Assembly (NCBI GenBank): GCA_031366785.1
Contig: JANLOW010000059.1
Span: 1-55,833, forward strand
Reading direction: 5' to 3'
Source: Bacteroidota bacterium
Lineage (GTDB): Bacteria; Bacteroidota; Bacteroidia; AKYH767-A; 2013-40CM-41-45
DNA length: 55,833 nt
The notes under the pieces are model-generated. The model was given only the letters and a program-made list of their open reading frames with translations, was not told the origin of the DNA and did not search any database. Below, in pieces: positions 1 to 9,403 of the stretch. Position numbers and translations under genes: made by a program. The stretch's first letter is position 1, and every line of letters begins with the position of its first letter.

Positions 1-127
1 TTGCATACGCGTTACGCACCCGTGCGCCACTCGCCACCAGATATTGCTACCCGTGCTGCCGTTCGACTTGCATGTATTAGGCCTGCCGCTAGCGTTAATC
101 CTGAGCCAGGATCAAACTCTCCATAGT
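1..127 (-). rRNA. rrs: 16S ribosomal RNA, 5' end only (gene continues beyond the window start)
   Basis: The reverse complement of 101-120 is AGAGTTTGATCCTGGCTCAG (universal 27F site). It is followed by GATTAACGCTAGCGGCAGGCCTAATACATGCAAGTCGAACGG...GGTGCGTAACGCGTATGCAA, a Bacteroidota-type 16S 5' domain. The exact mature 5' end (about 120-127) cannot be fixed by eye. Confidence 0.95.
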
Positions 128-220
128 AAAGTTGATTCTTATAAACTCTGTCAGGATTTGTTACTCAAAATTATGTCAATAAAAATTGACGGTATTTAGG
201 GCTTGTTATTTCCTATTCAA

Positions 221-265
221 TTCTTCAAAGAACGTTTACTTATTTCCACAACTCCGTTGAGTTGT
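221..265 (-). promoter_or_regulatory. rRNA leader antitermination-like elements: boxB-like hairpin (248-265) followed in the transcript by a boxA-like GTTCTTTGAAGAA (221-234)
   Basis: On the minus strand there is a 7-bp stem ACAACTC/GAGTTGT with a 4-nt loop, then about 14 nt later CGTTCTTTGAAGAA. This resembles E. coli rrn boxA TGCTCTTTAACAA. The hairpin-then-boxA order matches the rrn nut-like arrangement. Confidence 0.3.
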
Positions 266-291
266 TTAGTATTTCATTTTTTCAAGGGCTG

Positions 292-322
292 CAAAGGTAA
301 TAAAGGATTCTTCCCTTGCAAT
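292..322 (-). promoter_or_regulatory. Proximal rRNA promoter candidate (Bacteroidota sigma-A type)
   Basis: The minus strand reads TTGC-N18-TACCTTTG, followed by a GC-rich GCAGCCC. The -7 box fits TAnnTTTG. The -33 element is imperfect (TTGC rather than TTTG). Confidence 0.4.
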
Positions 323-470
323 CCATTTATAAAATTATTTATTATAAATCTCCTAATATTCGGAAAATCAAAAGGAAAAAATGAAACTCTTCAAGGTTTA
401 TTATCAAAAACCTCTTTCAAAGATCCTGTGATGCCGTAAATTCAAGAGTAAAGAACTTTATTCCGGGGTG

Positions 471-501
471 CAAATGTAATAAGATTTAACGAATCACCAA
501 A
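471..501 (-). promoter_or_regulatory. Distal rRNA promoter candidate (Bacteroidota sigma-A type)
   Basis: The minus strand reads TTTG-N19-TACATTTG, followed by GCACCCCGG. This is an exact fit to the TTTG/TAnnTTTG consensus and spacing. Its core, GGGGTGCAAATGTAATAA, closely repeats GGGCTGCAAAGGTAATAA at 286-303. Confidence 0.45.
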
Positions 502-645
502 AGAAGATGAAAGAAATTATAAACAAATAATACCCTAATAAAACAACCTCAATTTCACCTATTTAAAGCCTTCCTTCCTTTTGAAAACTTCATTATATTT
601 CTTTACAAAAGTATATCTGTCTATCCATTTTTTCTTTCTTAAATT

Positions 646-1365
646 TTATGGAGTAGAATTTGAAACCGGAATCACCTTTCCATTAAAAAATTGAAAACCA
701 TGCAAAGCAAAATCCGCCAACCATGCAGAAAAATCTTCAACTTCAACAGAAGCCTTAATCCCGGGAAAAGCTGTTTGAAACATTTCAGTTTCTACTGATC
801 CTAACGCTATACTATTTACATAAACTCCTTTTGTTTTATACTCTTCAGACAAGCACTCGCTAATTCCTATCAATGCACTTTTGCTCGAACTATAAGCCGA
901 TAAACCATTAAACTTTATACTCCCTTGTACTCCCCCAATCGATGATATATTTACAATATGAGACCGAACATTTGTCTTTAGTGAAATCAATCCTTCTAAT
1001 AACAGCGGAAGTAACGCTCTTGTTATATTTACTACTCCAAAAACATTTACATTATATACAGCCTGCCAGTCGGCTGAAGTCAATTCTCTAAAAGGTTTTT
1101 TAATTAATAAACCTGCATTATTTATTAGGACTTCTATACTTGAAACACTTCTTCTTATCTTTTGAATACTCTCACTTATCGACTTTTCATCAGTAATATC
1201 GCAAGGAACTGTTATTATATTTTCTGAATTTATAGAATCAGATAACTTCTTTAACCCAACAACATCCCGGCTTAAAACAAATATTTTATGCTCTTTTTTA
1301 TTTGCAAGATTCAATGCCGTGTAATATCCGATTCCCTTACTTGCACCTGTAATTACAATATTCAT
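646..1365 (-). CDS. SDR-family short-chain dehydrogenase/reductase
   Basis: N-terminal TGASKGIG cofactor motif, NNAG, and a YSSSK catalytic Tyr-x3-Lys. 239 aa, a typical classical SDR length. Confidence 0.85.
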   Translation of the reverse strand: MNIVITGASKGIGYYTALNLANKKEHKIFVLSRDVVGLKKLSDSINSENIITVPCDITDEKSISESIQKIRRSVSSIEVLINNAGLLIKKPFRELTSADWQAVYNVNVFGVVNITRALLPLLLEGLISLKTNVRSHIVNISSIGGVQGSIKFNGLSAYSSSKSALIGISECLSEEYKTKGVYVNSIALGSVETEMFQTAFPGIKASVEVEDFSAWLADFALHGFQFFNGKVIPVSNSTP

Positions 1366-1458
1366 ATATTTATTTCTTCTTAAATAATTTTAAAAAAGTA
1401 AAGTAAGTAAATAATATTGCTTTAGAGCTGTTATTATTTTCTATTTTTACCATTAAAT

Positions 1459-2013
1459 ATGAGAAAAATTTATATCCCAGTCATCTTTCTTTTCTTTTTC
1501 GCTAACTCCGCAATTGGTCAGATACATACTACTGAAAGAAACGAAAATCAATCCCAGAAAAAATTTGCAGATAATTTATTCTTTGGTGGAAACTTTGGAT
1601 TGCAATTCGGCTCACAAACGTACATCGAAATTGCGCCAATCATCGGGTATAAAATAACAGAAAGACTTTCTGCCGGACTCGGTTTGAAATATATATATTA
1701 TAAGATAAAAGATAATTACTCAACCTTAAACTATTCTACTAATATTTATGGTGGCGGCCCCTTTGTTCGTTTTACTTTGTTCGAAGGACTTTTTTTACAC
1801 GGTGAATATGAAATATTAAATCTTGAAGTACCCGATTTATATAATAATTTAAAAAGAGAAAATATTACCAGCGTTTTTATTGGTGGTGGTTATAGACAAA
1901 TGATTGGTGACCGTAGTTCTATCGATTTTCTTTTACTCTATAATGTTAATGAAAACAGAAATTCACCATACGTCAATCCTGTAATACGGATTGGTTTTGG
2001 TTTAGGTATTTAA
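1459..2013 (+). CDS. Small outer-membrane beta-barrel-like protein (hypothetical)
   Basis: Signal peptide (IFLFFFANSAIGQ) and alternating hydrophobic/aromatic beta-strand pattern with Gly-rich turns. No specific family recognised. Confidence 0.55.
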   Translation: MRKIYIPVIFLFFFANSAIGQIHTTERNENQSQKKFADNLFFGGNFGLQFGSQTYIEIAPIIGYKITERLSAGLGLKYIYYKIKDNYSTLNYSTNIYGGGPFVRFTLFEGLFLHGEYEILNLEVPDLYNNLKRENITSVFIGGGYRQMIGDRSSIDFLLLYNVNENRNSPYVNPVIRIGFGLGI

Positions 2014-2019
2014 TATAAT

Positions 2020-3489
2020 TTACTCTTTAATATATGGTAATGCTCTGTATACATCCAGATCAACATTTCTCATAATTTTATTATAAATATCCTGTTTAGG
2101 CAAATAATAAATTACATATCCTTTAGCATAAAAAAATACTGCTTCTTCTTCCGATAAATATGATTTTAATTTAAAATTTAATTTACCGGTATCTGCACAT
2201 TGAACGAACATCTGATTATACCACCTTCCTGCCACAATAACTGATTTACTTTTTATTGTATCTGCTGATGCCAATAAATTATTTACAAAATGCATGCCGT
2301 TTTTCCTTCTTTCTTTATACGATAAAACAGGTCCTTTAAAAATATCGAAAATTAATTTTTCACCCGCACCATCAAATATAAACGAACTCTCAGAAGGCGA
2401 AACTGCATCAAATCTTTCCCTCGGAGAAATGGTGCAAACAAATGACGAAATAATTAACATCATACATAGAAAAATAAAGGCTTTCTCGTAAAGATATTTT
2501 CCAAATATTAAAATGACAAAGGGAATTAACGGTATAAGGTAACCGCTTTCCATCGGTAATTTCAAAAAAGCAATTATATATAAGTCTATTGTTACCAACC
2601 ATGCAACAACAAATTTCTCATTGACGGAACGTGGAAAAAGAAATTTTCTATTGGTTATCCGGTCGGGTAAAAAAAGTAAAACCGTCGAAATAATCAATCC
2701 CAGCAATCCAAATACACCCCATACTTCTATTGAAAATTTATAAAGTACTTTGGCTATCGAAGGATATGGAACATTGTAATACGTGAAAAACCCTAATCCA
2801 TATTTTTGTAAAACAGGAATAAATAAAACTGCTCCTGTAACAAACGCCGGAATTATAAGCCGTGAAATCCTTTTTAGATTATTTTTGAATCCATCAAATT
2901 CTACCAACAGTATTGAAAATGGTATCAGCATTGCTCCCGATGTAATCCGCGTTCCAATTGCCAGCCCTAAGAATATTCCCGCTAAAATAATTTTTTCCTT
3001 TAACAGAAAGTAATTGCTTGCTAATATTAAAGCAATTGCAATTATATAATCTATTGTCGTAGTACTATGGATATAAAATACCGGTATCATCGACAATGTT
3101 ATTGATGCCAGAAAAATATACCTGAAACGTAATAACTTTAATGTCATAGCAAAAAATAAAACTGCTATAGCACTAAACAAAGCTGACAATATATTCAAAC
3201 CTGAATATCCGTAATTAATAAACAACGAACATAAATATTCATGAACAGGATAACCTGGCAAACGAGATGCTGAATATTCACCTGTATCGTGCCAATGTTG
3301 GGCAGAAATCGCTACTGACCATGCATCACCATCGAGTCCATAACCGTCTGAAATAAATGGCAGCCGAGTAATTAAAACGACAACCACTAATAAAACATAC
3401 TGCCATTTTTCACTTTGTATTTTCAGATACACGTAGACTGGTTTTAAATGGTAGAATTTTGAATTGCTTTTACTCCAAAGATGAGTCAA
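2020..3489 (-). CDS. ArnT/PMT-like (GT39/GT83-type) integral membrane glycosyltransferase
   Basis: About 11-13 predicted TM helices. The first periplasmic loop carries acidic residues (ISDGYGLDGDAW), as in dolichyl/undecaprenyl-phosphate-sugar dependent transferases. There is a soluble C-terminal domain. The ORF-track start is a TTG, so the true start is uncertain. Confidence 0.6.
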   Translation of the reverse strand: MTHLWSKSNSKFYHLKPVYVYLKIQSEKWQYVLLVVVVLITRLPFISDGYGLDGDAWSVAISAQHWHDTGEYSASRLPGYPVHEYLCSLFINYGYSGLNILSALFSAIAVLFFAMTLKLLRFRYIFLASITLSMIPVFYIHSTTTIDYIIAIALILASNYFLLKEKIILAGIFLGLAIGTRITSGAMLIPFSILLVEFDGFKNNLKRISRLIIPAFVTGAVLFIPVLQKYGLGFFTYYNVPYPSIAKVLYKFSIEVWGVFGLLGLIISTVLLFLPDRITNRKFLFPRSVNEKFVVAWLVTIDLYIIAFLKLPMESGYLIPLIPFVILIFGKYLYEKAFIFLCMMLIISSFVCTISPRERFDAVSPSESSFIFDGAGEKLIFDIFKGPVLSYKERRKNGMHFVNNLLASADTIKSKSVIVAGRWYNQMFVQCADTGKLNFKLKSYLSEEEAVFFYAKGYVIYYLPKQDIYNKIMRNVDLDVYRALPYIKE

Positions 3490-3518
3490 AGTTATCTTTC
3501 AATCAAGTTTGTTGATGA

Positions 3519-4205
3519 TTAGAAATTTTCGGTCTTTAGTTGTCCCATATAACGTACAATTCTCTGTGTTTTTCTGGCTACTCGTGGGGAAGGATGCACA
3601 GGATCCCAATTTCTTGGATCTGGAAGAATTGCGGCTAATCTTGCTGCTTCATAGATATTCAACTTTGATGATGATTTATGAAAATAAGCCGCAGAGGCTG
3701 CTTCTACTCCATAAATTCCCTGCCCGGTCTCTATAATATTTAAATAAACTTCCATTATTCTTTTTTTACTCCAAAATATCTCAATCAAAAATGTAAAGTA
3801 TACTTCAACTCCCTTACGGATCCATGATCTTGATGGCCATAAAAAAACATTTTTTGCTGTCTGTTGTGTTATAGTGCTTGCCCCTTTTAGCTTTTTACCC
3901 TGATGTCTTTTATTATAACTTTCCGCCTTTTTAATTGCTTCCATATCAAAACCAAAATGATCTTCGAAATTCTGATCTTCAGCTGCCATTACAGCCAGCG
4001 GCATAACCGGACTAATTTTATCAAGCGATTTCCAGTTTTTTGACATCTTCATTTCTTTTCCTGCACTCTTTTGTTCTATACACCGGATAATCATTAAAGG
4101 TGTTACGGGTATTGGTAAAAATCGAAACAAGATGACTGAAAAAATACTTAATCCAAAAAAAATAATTATTATCCTAAAAAATATTTTCCTTATTCGTTTC
4201 CACAT
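3519..4205 (-). CDS. mtgA: Monofunctional biosynthetic peptidoglycan transglycosylase
   Basis: N-terminal TM anchor followed by GT51 motifs AAEDQNFEDHFGFD, GASTITQQTAKN and RKGVE. 228 aa with no transpeptidase domain. Confidence 0.9.
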   Translation of the reverse strand: MWKRIRKIFFRIIIIFFGLSIFSVILFRFLPIPVTPLMIIRCIEQKSAGKEMKMSKNWKSLDKISPVMPLAVMAAEDQNFEDHFGFDMEAIKKAESYNKRHQGKKLKGASTITQQTAKNVFLWPSRSWIRKGVEVYFTFLIEIFWSKKRIMEVYLNIIETGQGIYGVEAASAAYFHKSSSKLNIYEAARLAAILPDPRNWDPVHPSPRVARKTQRIVRYMGQLKTENF

Positions 4206-4228
4206 TGAACAACTTTTATAAAAAAATA

Positions 4229-6658
4229 TTAATTCAATTTTAAAATTACATTTTCACCGGGGAATAGGTCCATCCAAAAAATAAGTTCATTACCCGTATT
4301 TTTTTTGATAATTTCTTTTGCTCCGGCTGTTACTTCTTTTGCATTGGCAGAAAATGAAATTCCGCGAATGACCCCATTCCCTGAATTGAAAAGGTTTATA
4401 TTTCCATTCGGCAGTATCTTAAACGTTATATCTTCCAAAGAAGTTCGGTAATCAAGCATTTGGCGAATAGTCGTAAGACGAATCTTCTCATTCAATCTGA
4501 ATAATGATAATTTTGAAAGTGCTTTATTAAATTCTTCATCAACTTCAACTATACCATTTTTAATTTTATAAAATCCTGTAGTGGAATCTACCCGTGCCGG
4601 ATAACAATGAATAATAATATTATTCCTGTTGTTTACCAAATCATTTAGCCGAAGATCACTAAAGTAATAAGACCATAGATTACCATCTGCAGGATCCATT
4701 GTATCTGTCGTTCTCCAATGAATAATATCTCCGGTTTGTGTTTTATTTCTCCAATACAAAGGAGTTGGCATGGCTTCACTCCAACCGGAATATGGTACAG
4801 AAAAAAAAGAATTAAAACTGTAGTCTTTGTAAATTTTCGAGTCCTCAAAGTAAGAATTCCAAAAATATTTAATTCCATATTTTTTCCATAAATCAGCTGC
4901 ATACCATTTTGATTTACTATTGAAACCATCACAGACGAGATCTTCCCGATTACTTTTCTTTGAATTATCATATCCATGGTCAATCCATGTGGTTGGTGAG
5001 AAATCTCTTTTCGTTGCTTCCAGCGCCTCTGAAAGTAATTTCCTGTCACAGGTATAGTGATCAGGGGTATGTAAACAAATTTCAACACCACTTTCATCTA
5101 GAAGTCTTAAAAAATCTCGAAAACCTTGAGTCTCTTTATAGGACGCTGAAAGTCCGGGAAAAAATCCTGCTTTTTCAGAATTATTAATTTTATCCGGATT
5201 TGAATAGAAAATACTTTTAGTAACCGGTATACTGTATTTAAGAAAACCTCCCGTGGCATCATTTAATTGGTTGACTTTCTCTGAACCCAGATAAACTGCC
5301 TTTTGTATTCTAATATCAGAATAATCAGCATGCTCTGTCCAAATGAATGAAGATAAGAAACCATAAGGGTTTGTAAGCATCCGGGCATTTATAAAATCAG
5401 AATTTACAGAATATAAAGTAAACGATGAACAAATTGAATCACCTTTATTATAAACAGAAGCAGAATAATCTTCAAACTTATTTTTATTTTTATTAAGAAG
5501 TGGAAAATGCAAAAATGGATGATCCGCAGCAAAGTCAAGATTTACAATTAATAATTTTTTATTTAAATCAAGCTGAAGAGAAGAAACCGATTTAGGATGA
5601 TATAAAACAACAGAACTCCGGCCATTCGATAATTTAAATCCCTCTTTATCCAACCAATATTCGTTTTTAAAATTTAAAGAATCAATTAGCGTGTTTTTAT
5701 TATAGATTTCATCTATAGATAATTTAAAACCGGCAATAAATGAGTGCCGGTACAAAGTTACATGGCGAAGAAATAATGAATTGACTGAAAAAGAAAGTTC
5801 GTTATTGACCCCGGCCAGAATTTTAATTTCGTTTTCTGAATAATCATCTTTTGCAGAAAAGGTAATATAATTTCCCTCATCGGTAATTGAATCATTTTTA
5901 AAAAAGAAATGGTAATTCCAGGATTGCTTTTTAACATTTTTTTTTCCATCGATCCATTCTGAAATAATGGCTAAAGAATTTATTATCGTATCCCCCTTTG
6001 AATTCAATATAATAACCTGTCCTGCATCTTTCTCATATAAAAAAGAAAAGTTAATATTTGTAGCGAGTTTTTCCCATTTATTATTATTAATATTTATAAA
6101 AAAGCCAGGAGGTAGAAAAGTGGGCATTGCTTTTTCTTCAAAATCAATTTTTATATCATCAATATCTACAAAAGAGCCGGAATCCTTATTCCATAAATAA
6201 AGAGATAAAATATATTTTTCACCGGTAATTGAAGAAGGTAGGTCGATTTCATCTTGTATTTTTATCCAGGTCTGCATTTTTTTTATCCGTGCTGAAATAT
6301 TTTTTGATGTCCAGAATAATACAGAATCTCCAATTGAAACTGAAACCACCATTTCAAATTGCTTATCACTCGAATTTGCACGAATATATTCACTGAAAAT
6401 AATATGAAGATTTTTATTTCTGCATTGCAAAGGAAAAGTACTTTTATATCCGAATCCATATCGTCTTATTGAATCTGTTGCAGAATAATGGTTTCCGGAA
6501 AAAGCATTGCCTTTAACAATTGTCGAAGAATTAATCCAGGCATTGCTGTCTATTACAGTTTCGAGATCGTTACTAATACTGAAAATCTTTGTTTGTGCGA
6601 CAGAGTTGTTTAATGTAAAAACGAATAATAAGATCCTGAGGAAAAATTTGTTAATCAT
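4229..6658 (-). CDS. Large exported protein of unknown function (N-terminal jelly-roll/CBM-like region, C-terminal possible hydrolase/deacetylase-like region)
   Basis: An uninterrupted 820-codon ORF. The ATG at 6658 gives a classical signal peptide MINKFFLRILLFVFTLNNSVAQ, whereas the ORF-track start at 6691 is a TTG. The N-terminal domain ends in VDIDDIKIDF, as CBM-like modules often do. The C-terminal half has His/Asp-rich motifs (LHTPDHYTCD, WIDHGYD). No confident family assignment. Confidence 0.7.
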   Translation of the reverse strand: MINKFFLRILLFVFTLNNSVAQTKIFSISNDLETVIDSNAWINSSTIVKGNAFSGNHYSATDSIRRYGFGYKSTFPLQCRNKNLHIIFSEYIRANSSDKQFEMVVSVSIGDSVLFWTSKNISARIKKMQTWIKIQDEIDLPSSITGEKYILSLYLWNKDSGSFVDIDDIKIDFEEKAMPTFLPPGFFININNNKWEKLATNINFSFLYEKDAGQVIILNSKGDTIINSLAIISEWIDGKKNVKKQSWNYHFFFKNDSITDEGNYITFSAKDDYSENEIKILAGVNNELSFSVNSLFLRHVTLYRHSFIAGFKLSIDEIYNKNTLIDSLNFKNEYWLDKEGFKLSNGRSSVVLYHPKSVSSLQLDLNKKLLIVNLDFAADHPFLHFPLLNKNKNKFEDYSASVYNKGDSICSSFTLYSVNSDFINARMLTNPYGFLSSFIWTEHADYSDIRIQKAVYLGSEKVNQLNDATGGFLKYSIPVTKSIFYSNPDKINNSEKAGFFPGLSASYKETQGFRDFLRLLDESGVEICLHTPDHYTCDRKLLSEALEATKRDFSPTTWIDHGYDNSKKSNREDLVCDGFNSKSKWYAADLWKKYGIKYFWNSYFEDSKIYKDYSFNSFFSVPYSGWSEAMPTPLYWRNKTQTGDIIHWRTTDTMDPADGNLWSYYFSDLRLNDLVNNRNNIIIHCYPARVDSTTGFYKIKNGIVEVDEEFNKALSKLSLFRLNEKIRLTTIRQMLDYRTSLEDITFKILPNGNINLFNSGNGVIRGISFSANAKEVTAGAKEIIKKNTGNELIFWMDLFPGENVILKLN

Positions 6659-6724
6659 TTGGAAAAAGTGACAAGGATCACCCGGTTCCAAAAGTAGAAT
6701 AATTTGTCAATTGTCTGAAAATGT

Positions 6725-8128
6725 TTAATCAGGGTTTTTCACAGCTTCTTTTATAATTTCCACGGCCCTGTCGCTATAAAATTCGGCATTTTTTTTATCA
6801 CCGGTAATTCTATAAAGTTTGGCAATACTATCATAAGATGAAACAGATTCGGGATAAATATCAAGATTCAGTTTTAAAAGGCGAATTGCATCTTCATACC
6901 TCTGCCGACGGGTAAGATTATTTGCCAGAAAAGTTAGATGTTCTTCACTTGATGGATATTTTTTCAATGCTATATCTCTATCAGAATTAGAAATGATTTT
7001 TGCCAGGTGAGAAAATTCTTTTCTTATAAAAGAAATTCTTTTCATGAAATAATCAAAAGGAATCATTCCATCCAGAAGATCTGTTTCATAGGCTGACATA
7101 CACATGTTTAAAAATTGATATTCATCCCACGGTTTATAATTTTTCCTATTAAAATTCTTAAGCATCTTATCACCTTTTATGAGGAAAACTGTATCACCGT
7201 CAAGGTTTATTAATTGATCAAAATTTAACAGTGAAGCAAGAGCAATCTGCGAATAATTCTGGGATTCATTTTTAAAACCACGACATGTTGTTTGCCAGAT
7301 TTTCCGGAATAACTCAACTCCTCCGGCAGTTGGATTTAAAGAATCAATTATACACTCCACATTTCCGGCACCTGCATGATAGGCATGTAAAACCAATAAT
7401 CGAAACCAAAGACTTGTTTCTGAATAAGCAATTGAATGATTATCGAGAAATTTTCTAATATTAGGAATGCATGATTTATTAATTAATGCAGAAGCCGCAC
7501 GAGCAGACTTTTCAATATCTGTTCTTTCATCAATATTTCTATTAACACGTAATCCATATTTCACGGCTACGGATCTCATTAGCTGGAAAGGTCCGTTTGC
7601 ACCAACATAAGATTTAGATTTTGACTTACCTGGACTTTCAATTAATAAAATTGCTTGTGCATACCAGGGATCACAATTATTTTTATAAAAAACAGATACT
7701 GCTTTGTTAATGTCAGTAAGTGTTTTTTTGATTTCATAAAATTCCCCTTTACCGGCAGTTACATAAAGATTAGTAGCTGTGTCAAGTCCATGTACTCTGC
7801 AAATGCTGTCTTTAAAACATAATTTTTCAGGTTCACTTTGATTCATCCAAATAAGCCTGTTGACTTTATTTACAGGTTTTCTGCAATAAGCAATATTGAT
7901 AATACAAGTATCGCTTGTCATATTGATTACATCTCTCCAAAAAATAGTTTGTGGTAACGTATCCCAGCCTTCCGTAAATAAGGCAGAATCTTTAATAAAC
8001 TTCATGCTGACTGTATCTTTCCATCCCACTATTGTTTTTTTGACAAATGGAAACTGCTTTGCCTCCTGTGCACGAACAGAATTCAAAATAACAAAAGAAA
8101 CAAAAACATACAAAATGAAAATTCTCAT
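6725..8128 (-). CDS. Lytic transglycosylase (SLT domain) with C-terminal TPR repeats
   Basis: The ATG at 8128 gives the signal peptide MRIFILYVFVSFVILNSVRAQ. SLT-like motifs are present: LLIESPG (catalytic Glu-Ser), GPFQLM and AYHAGAGNV. The C-terminus (YEDAIRLLK..., AKLYRITGDKKNAEFYSDRAVE) is TPR-like. Confidence 0.65.
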   Translation of the reverse strand: MRIFILYVFVSFVILNSVRAQEAKQFPFVKKTIVGWKDTVSMKFIKDSALFTEGWDTLPQTIFWRDVINMTSDTCIINIAYCRKPVNKVNRLIWMNQSEPEKLCFKDSICRVHGLDTATNLYVTAGKGEFYEIKKTLTDINKAVSVFYKNNCDPWYAQAILLIESPGKSKSKSYVGANGPFQLMRSVAVKYGLRVNRNIDERTDIEKSARAASALINKSCIPNIRKFLDNHSIAYSETSLWFRLLVLHAYHAGAGNVECIIDSLNPTAGGVELFRKIWQTTCRGFKNESQNYSQIALASLLNFDQLINLDGDTVFLIKGDKMLKNFNRKNYKPWDEYQFLNMCMSAYETDLLDGMIPFDYFMKRISFIRKEFSHLAKIISNSDRDIALKKYPSSEEHLTFLANNLTRRQRYEDAIRLLKLNLDIYPESVSSYDSIAKLYRITGDKKNAEFYSDRAVEIIKEAVKNPD

Positions 8129-8201
8129 AAGTTGGCTAATACAGAAACGGTTCGCAATCAATGAAGTTGAGCGAATATTACAAAAATCTTACAGGTAGAT
8201 A

Positions 8202-8504
8202 TCAGATACCCCGCATTTTTTCCTTATGCCGCTTTATTTGTCTAGATAATGTATCGACACACAAGTCTGTTGCTTCTTCAAATGTCCTGCATCTCTCTTT
8301 TGCCATGAGATCATTTCCCGGAATTTGAATAATGATCTGAACAATTTTATTTTCCATATTACTCGCTTTATCCAATTTAAGGATAACCTCTCCTCCAATA
8401 ATATGATCATAAAAATGGATTAGTTTATCTACTTTTTCCTGGATAAACTGCAGCAGTTTGCTGTCTGCGTCAAAATGAATAGATTGAACTCTTATTTTCA
8501 TCAA
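8202..8504 (-). CDS. hpf: Ribosome hibernation promoting factor (short HPF/RaiA family)
   Basis: 100 aa. It starts MKIRVQSIHFDADSKLLQFIQEKVDKL and ends in a basic tail, typical of sigma-54 modulation/HPF proteins. It sits in the conserved rpsU-xerC-hpf context. Confidence 0.85.
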   Translation of the reverse strand: MMKIRVQSIHFDADSKLLQFIQEKVDKLIHFYDHIIGGEVILKLDKASNMENKIVQIIIQIPGNDLMAKERCRTFEEATDLCVDTLSRQIKRHKEKMRGI

Positions 8505-8521
8505 ATTCCCTCCTGAATAAT

Positions 8522-9400
8522 TTACGCTCTTGGGTGAGCTTGTTTATAAACTTTTTTTAATTTCTCAATTGTATTATGAGTATAGACTTGTGTAGCACTT
8601 AAATTAGCATGACCCAGTAGTTCTTTTACACTGTTTATATCAGCTCCGTTGTTTAGCATATGAGTTGCAAAGGTATGTCGAAGCACATGCGGACTTTTTT
8701 TATCGAGCGTTGTAACTGTTCCTAAACGGCCGGTTACAATCCGGTAGACAAGTTTAGGGTATAGTTTTTTTCCTTTATCGGTTACAAAAAAGCCGGGTGC
8801 TTTACTTACAATTTCTTGTCTGGCTTTTAAATAAATATTTATCAAATCTTTCAGTTTTTTAGTAAACGGTATTATTCGCTCTTTGTTTCTTTTTCCTAAA
8901 ACTTTGACCTGACATTCATAGGTATCGATGCTTGAATCATCAAGGCCAATTAGTTCAGAAAGACGCATACCTGTAGCATAGAATATCTCTAGCATCAACA
9001 TGTCTCTTGTCGCTACAAATCCTTCGCCAAAATTTTTATCACTGAAAAGTAAATTCATTTTTTTTTCATCGACGAAAACTGGTAGTCGTTTTGAAGTTTT
9101 AGGAGCCTGAACCTTTAACATTGGGTTTGTAAGCACCTTGCCTTGACGGAGAAGAAACTTATAAAAAGTTTTTAGAGTTGTTAGTTTCCTATTAATAGAT
9201 CGCGGACTAATTTCTTTTTCCATTAGATCTACTATCCATGACCTAACCATTGAATGAGTGATTGAAGAAGTTTCTTCTGTTTCGTATAGGTTTTTTATGA
9301 ATGTTAAAAATTGTTGCAGGTCGTTTTGATAGGCCAAAACGGTGTGTGGAGAAAACCTTTTTTCAAAACTTAAATACTGTAAAAAACTTTTTAGTTCCAT
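8522..9400 (-). CDS. xerC: Tyrosine site-specific recombinase XerC/XerD family
   Basis: N-terminal SAM-like domain (FLQYLSFEKRFSPHTVLAYQNDL). Catalytic residues lie in ATGMRLSEL, HVLRHTFATH and LGHANLSATQVYTH (R..HxxR..H..Y). Confidence 0.85.
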   Translation of the reverse strand: MELKSFLQYLSFEKRFSPHTVLAYQNDLQQFLTFIKNLYETEETSSITHSMVRSWIVDLMEKEISPRSINRKLTTLKTFYKFLLRQGKVLTNPMLKVQAPKTSKRLPVFVDEKKMNLLFSDKNFGEGFVATRDMLMLEIFYATGMRLSELIGLDDSSIDTYECQVKVLGKRNKERIIPFTKKLKDLINIYLKARQEIVSKAPGFFVTDKGKKLYPKLVYRIVTGRLGTVTTLDKKSPHVLRHTFATHMLNNGADINSVKELLGHANLSATQVYTHNTIEKLKKVYKQAHPRA

Positions 9401-9403
9401 AAA

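Noticed and set aside
203-439. 78-aa plus-strand ORF between the 16S gene and the SDR gene
   Set aside because: It lies antisense to the rRNA leader and promoter region. Its composition is low-complexity and Phe/Lys-rich, typical of AT-rich non-coding DNA, and it has no recognisable motif.
6659-6691. TTG-initiated N-terminal extensions in the ORF track (also 8129-8161, 20687-20752, 29944-30081, 16722-16751, 37932-37991)
   Set aside because: In each case an internal ATG immediately precedes a textbook signal peptide, lipobox or conserved N-terminus. The extensions add non-signal sequence and run into upstream regions.
8522-9400. Tyrosine recombinase as a marker of an integrated mobile element
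   Set aside because: It sits in the conserved housekeeping rpsU-xerC-hpf arrangement. There are no flanking direct repeats, tRNA target or cargo genes. This is consistent with a chromosome-dimer-resolution Xer recombinase.
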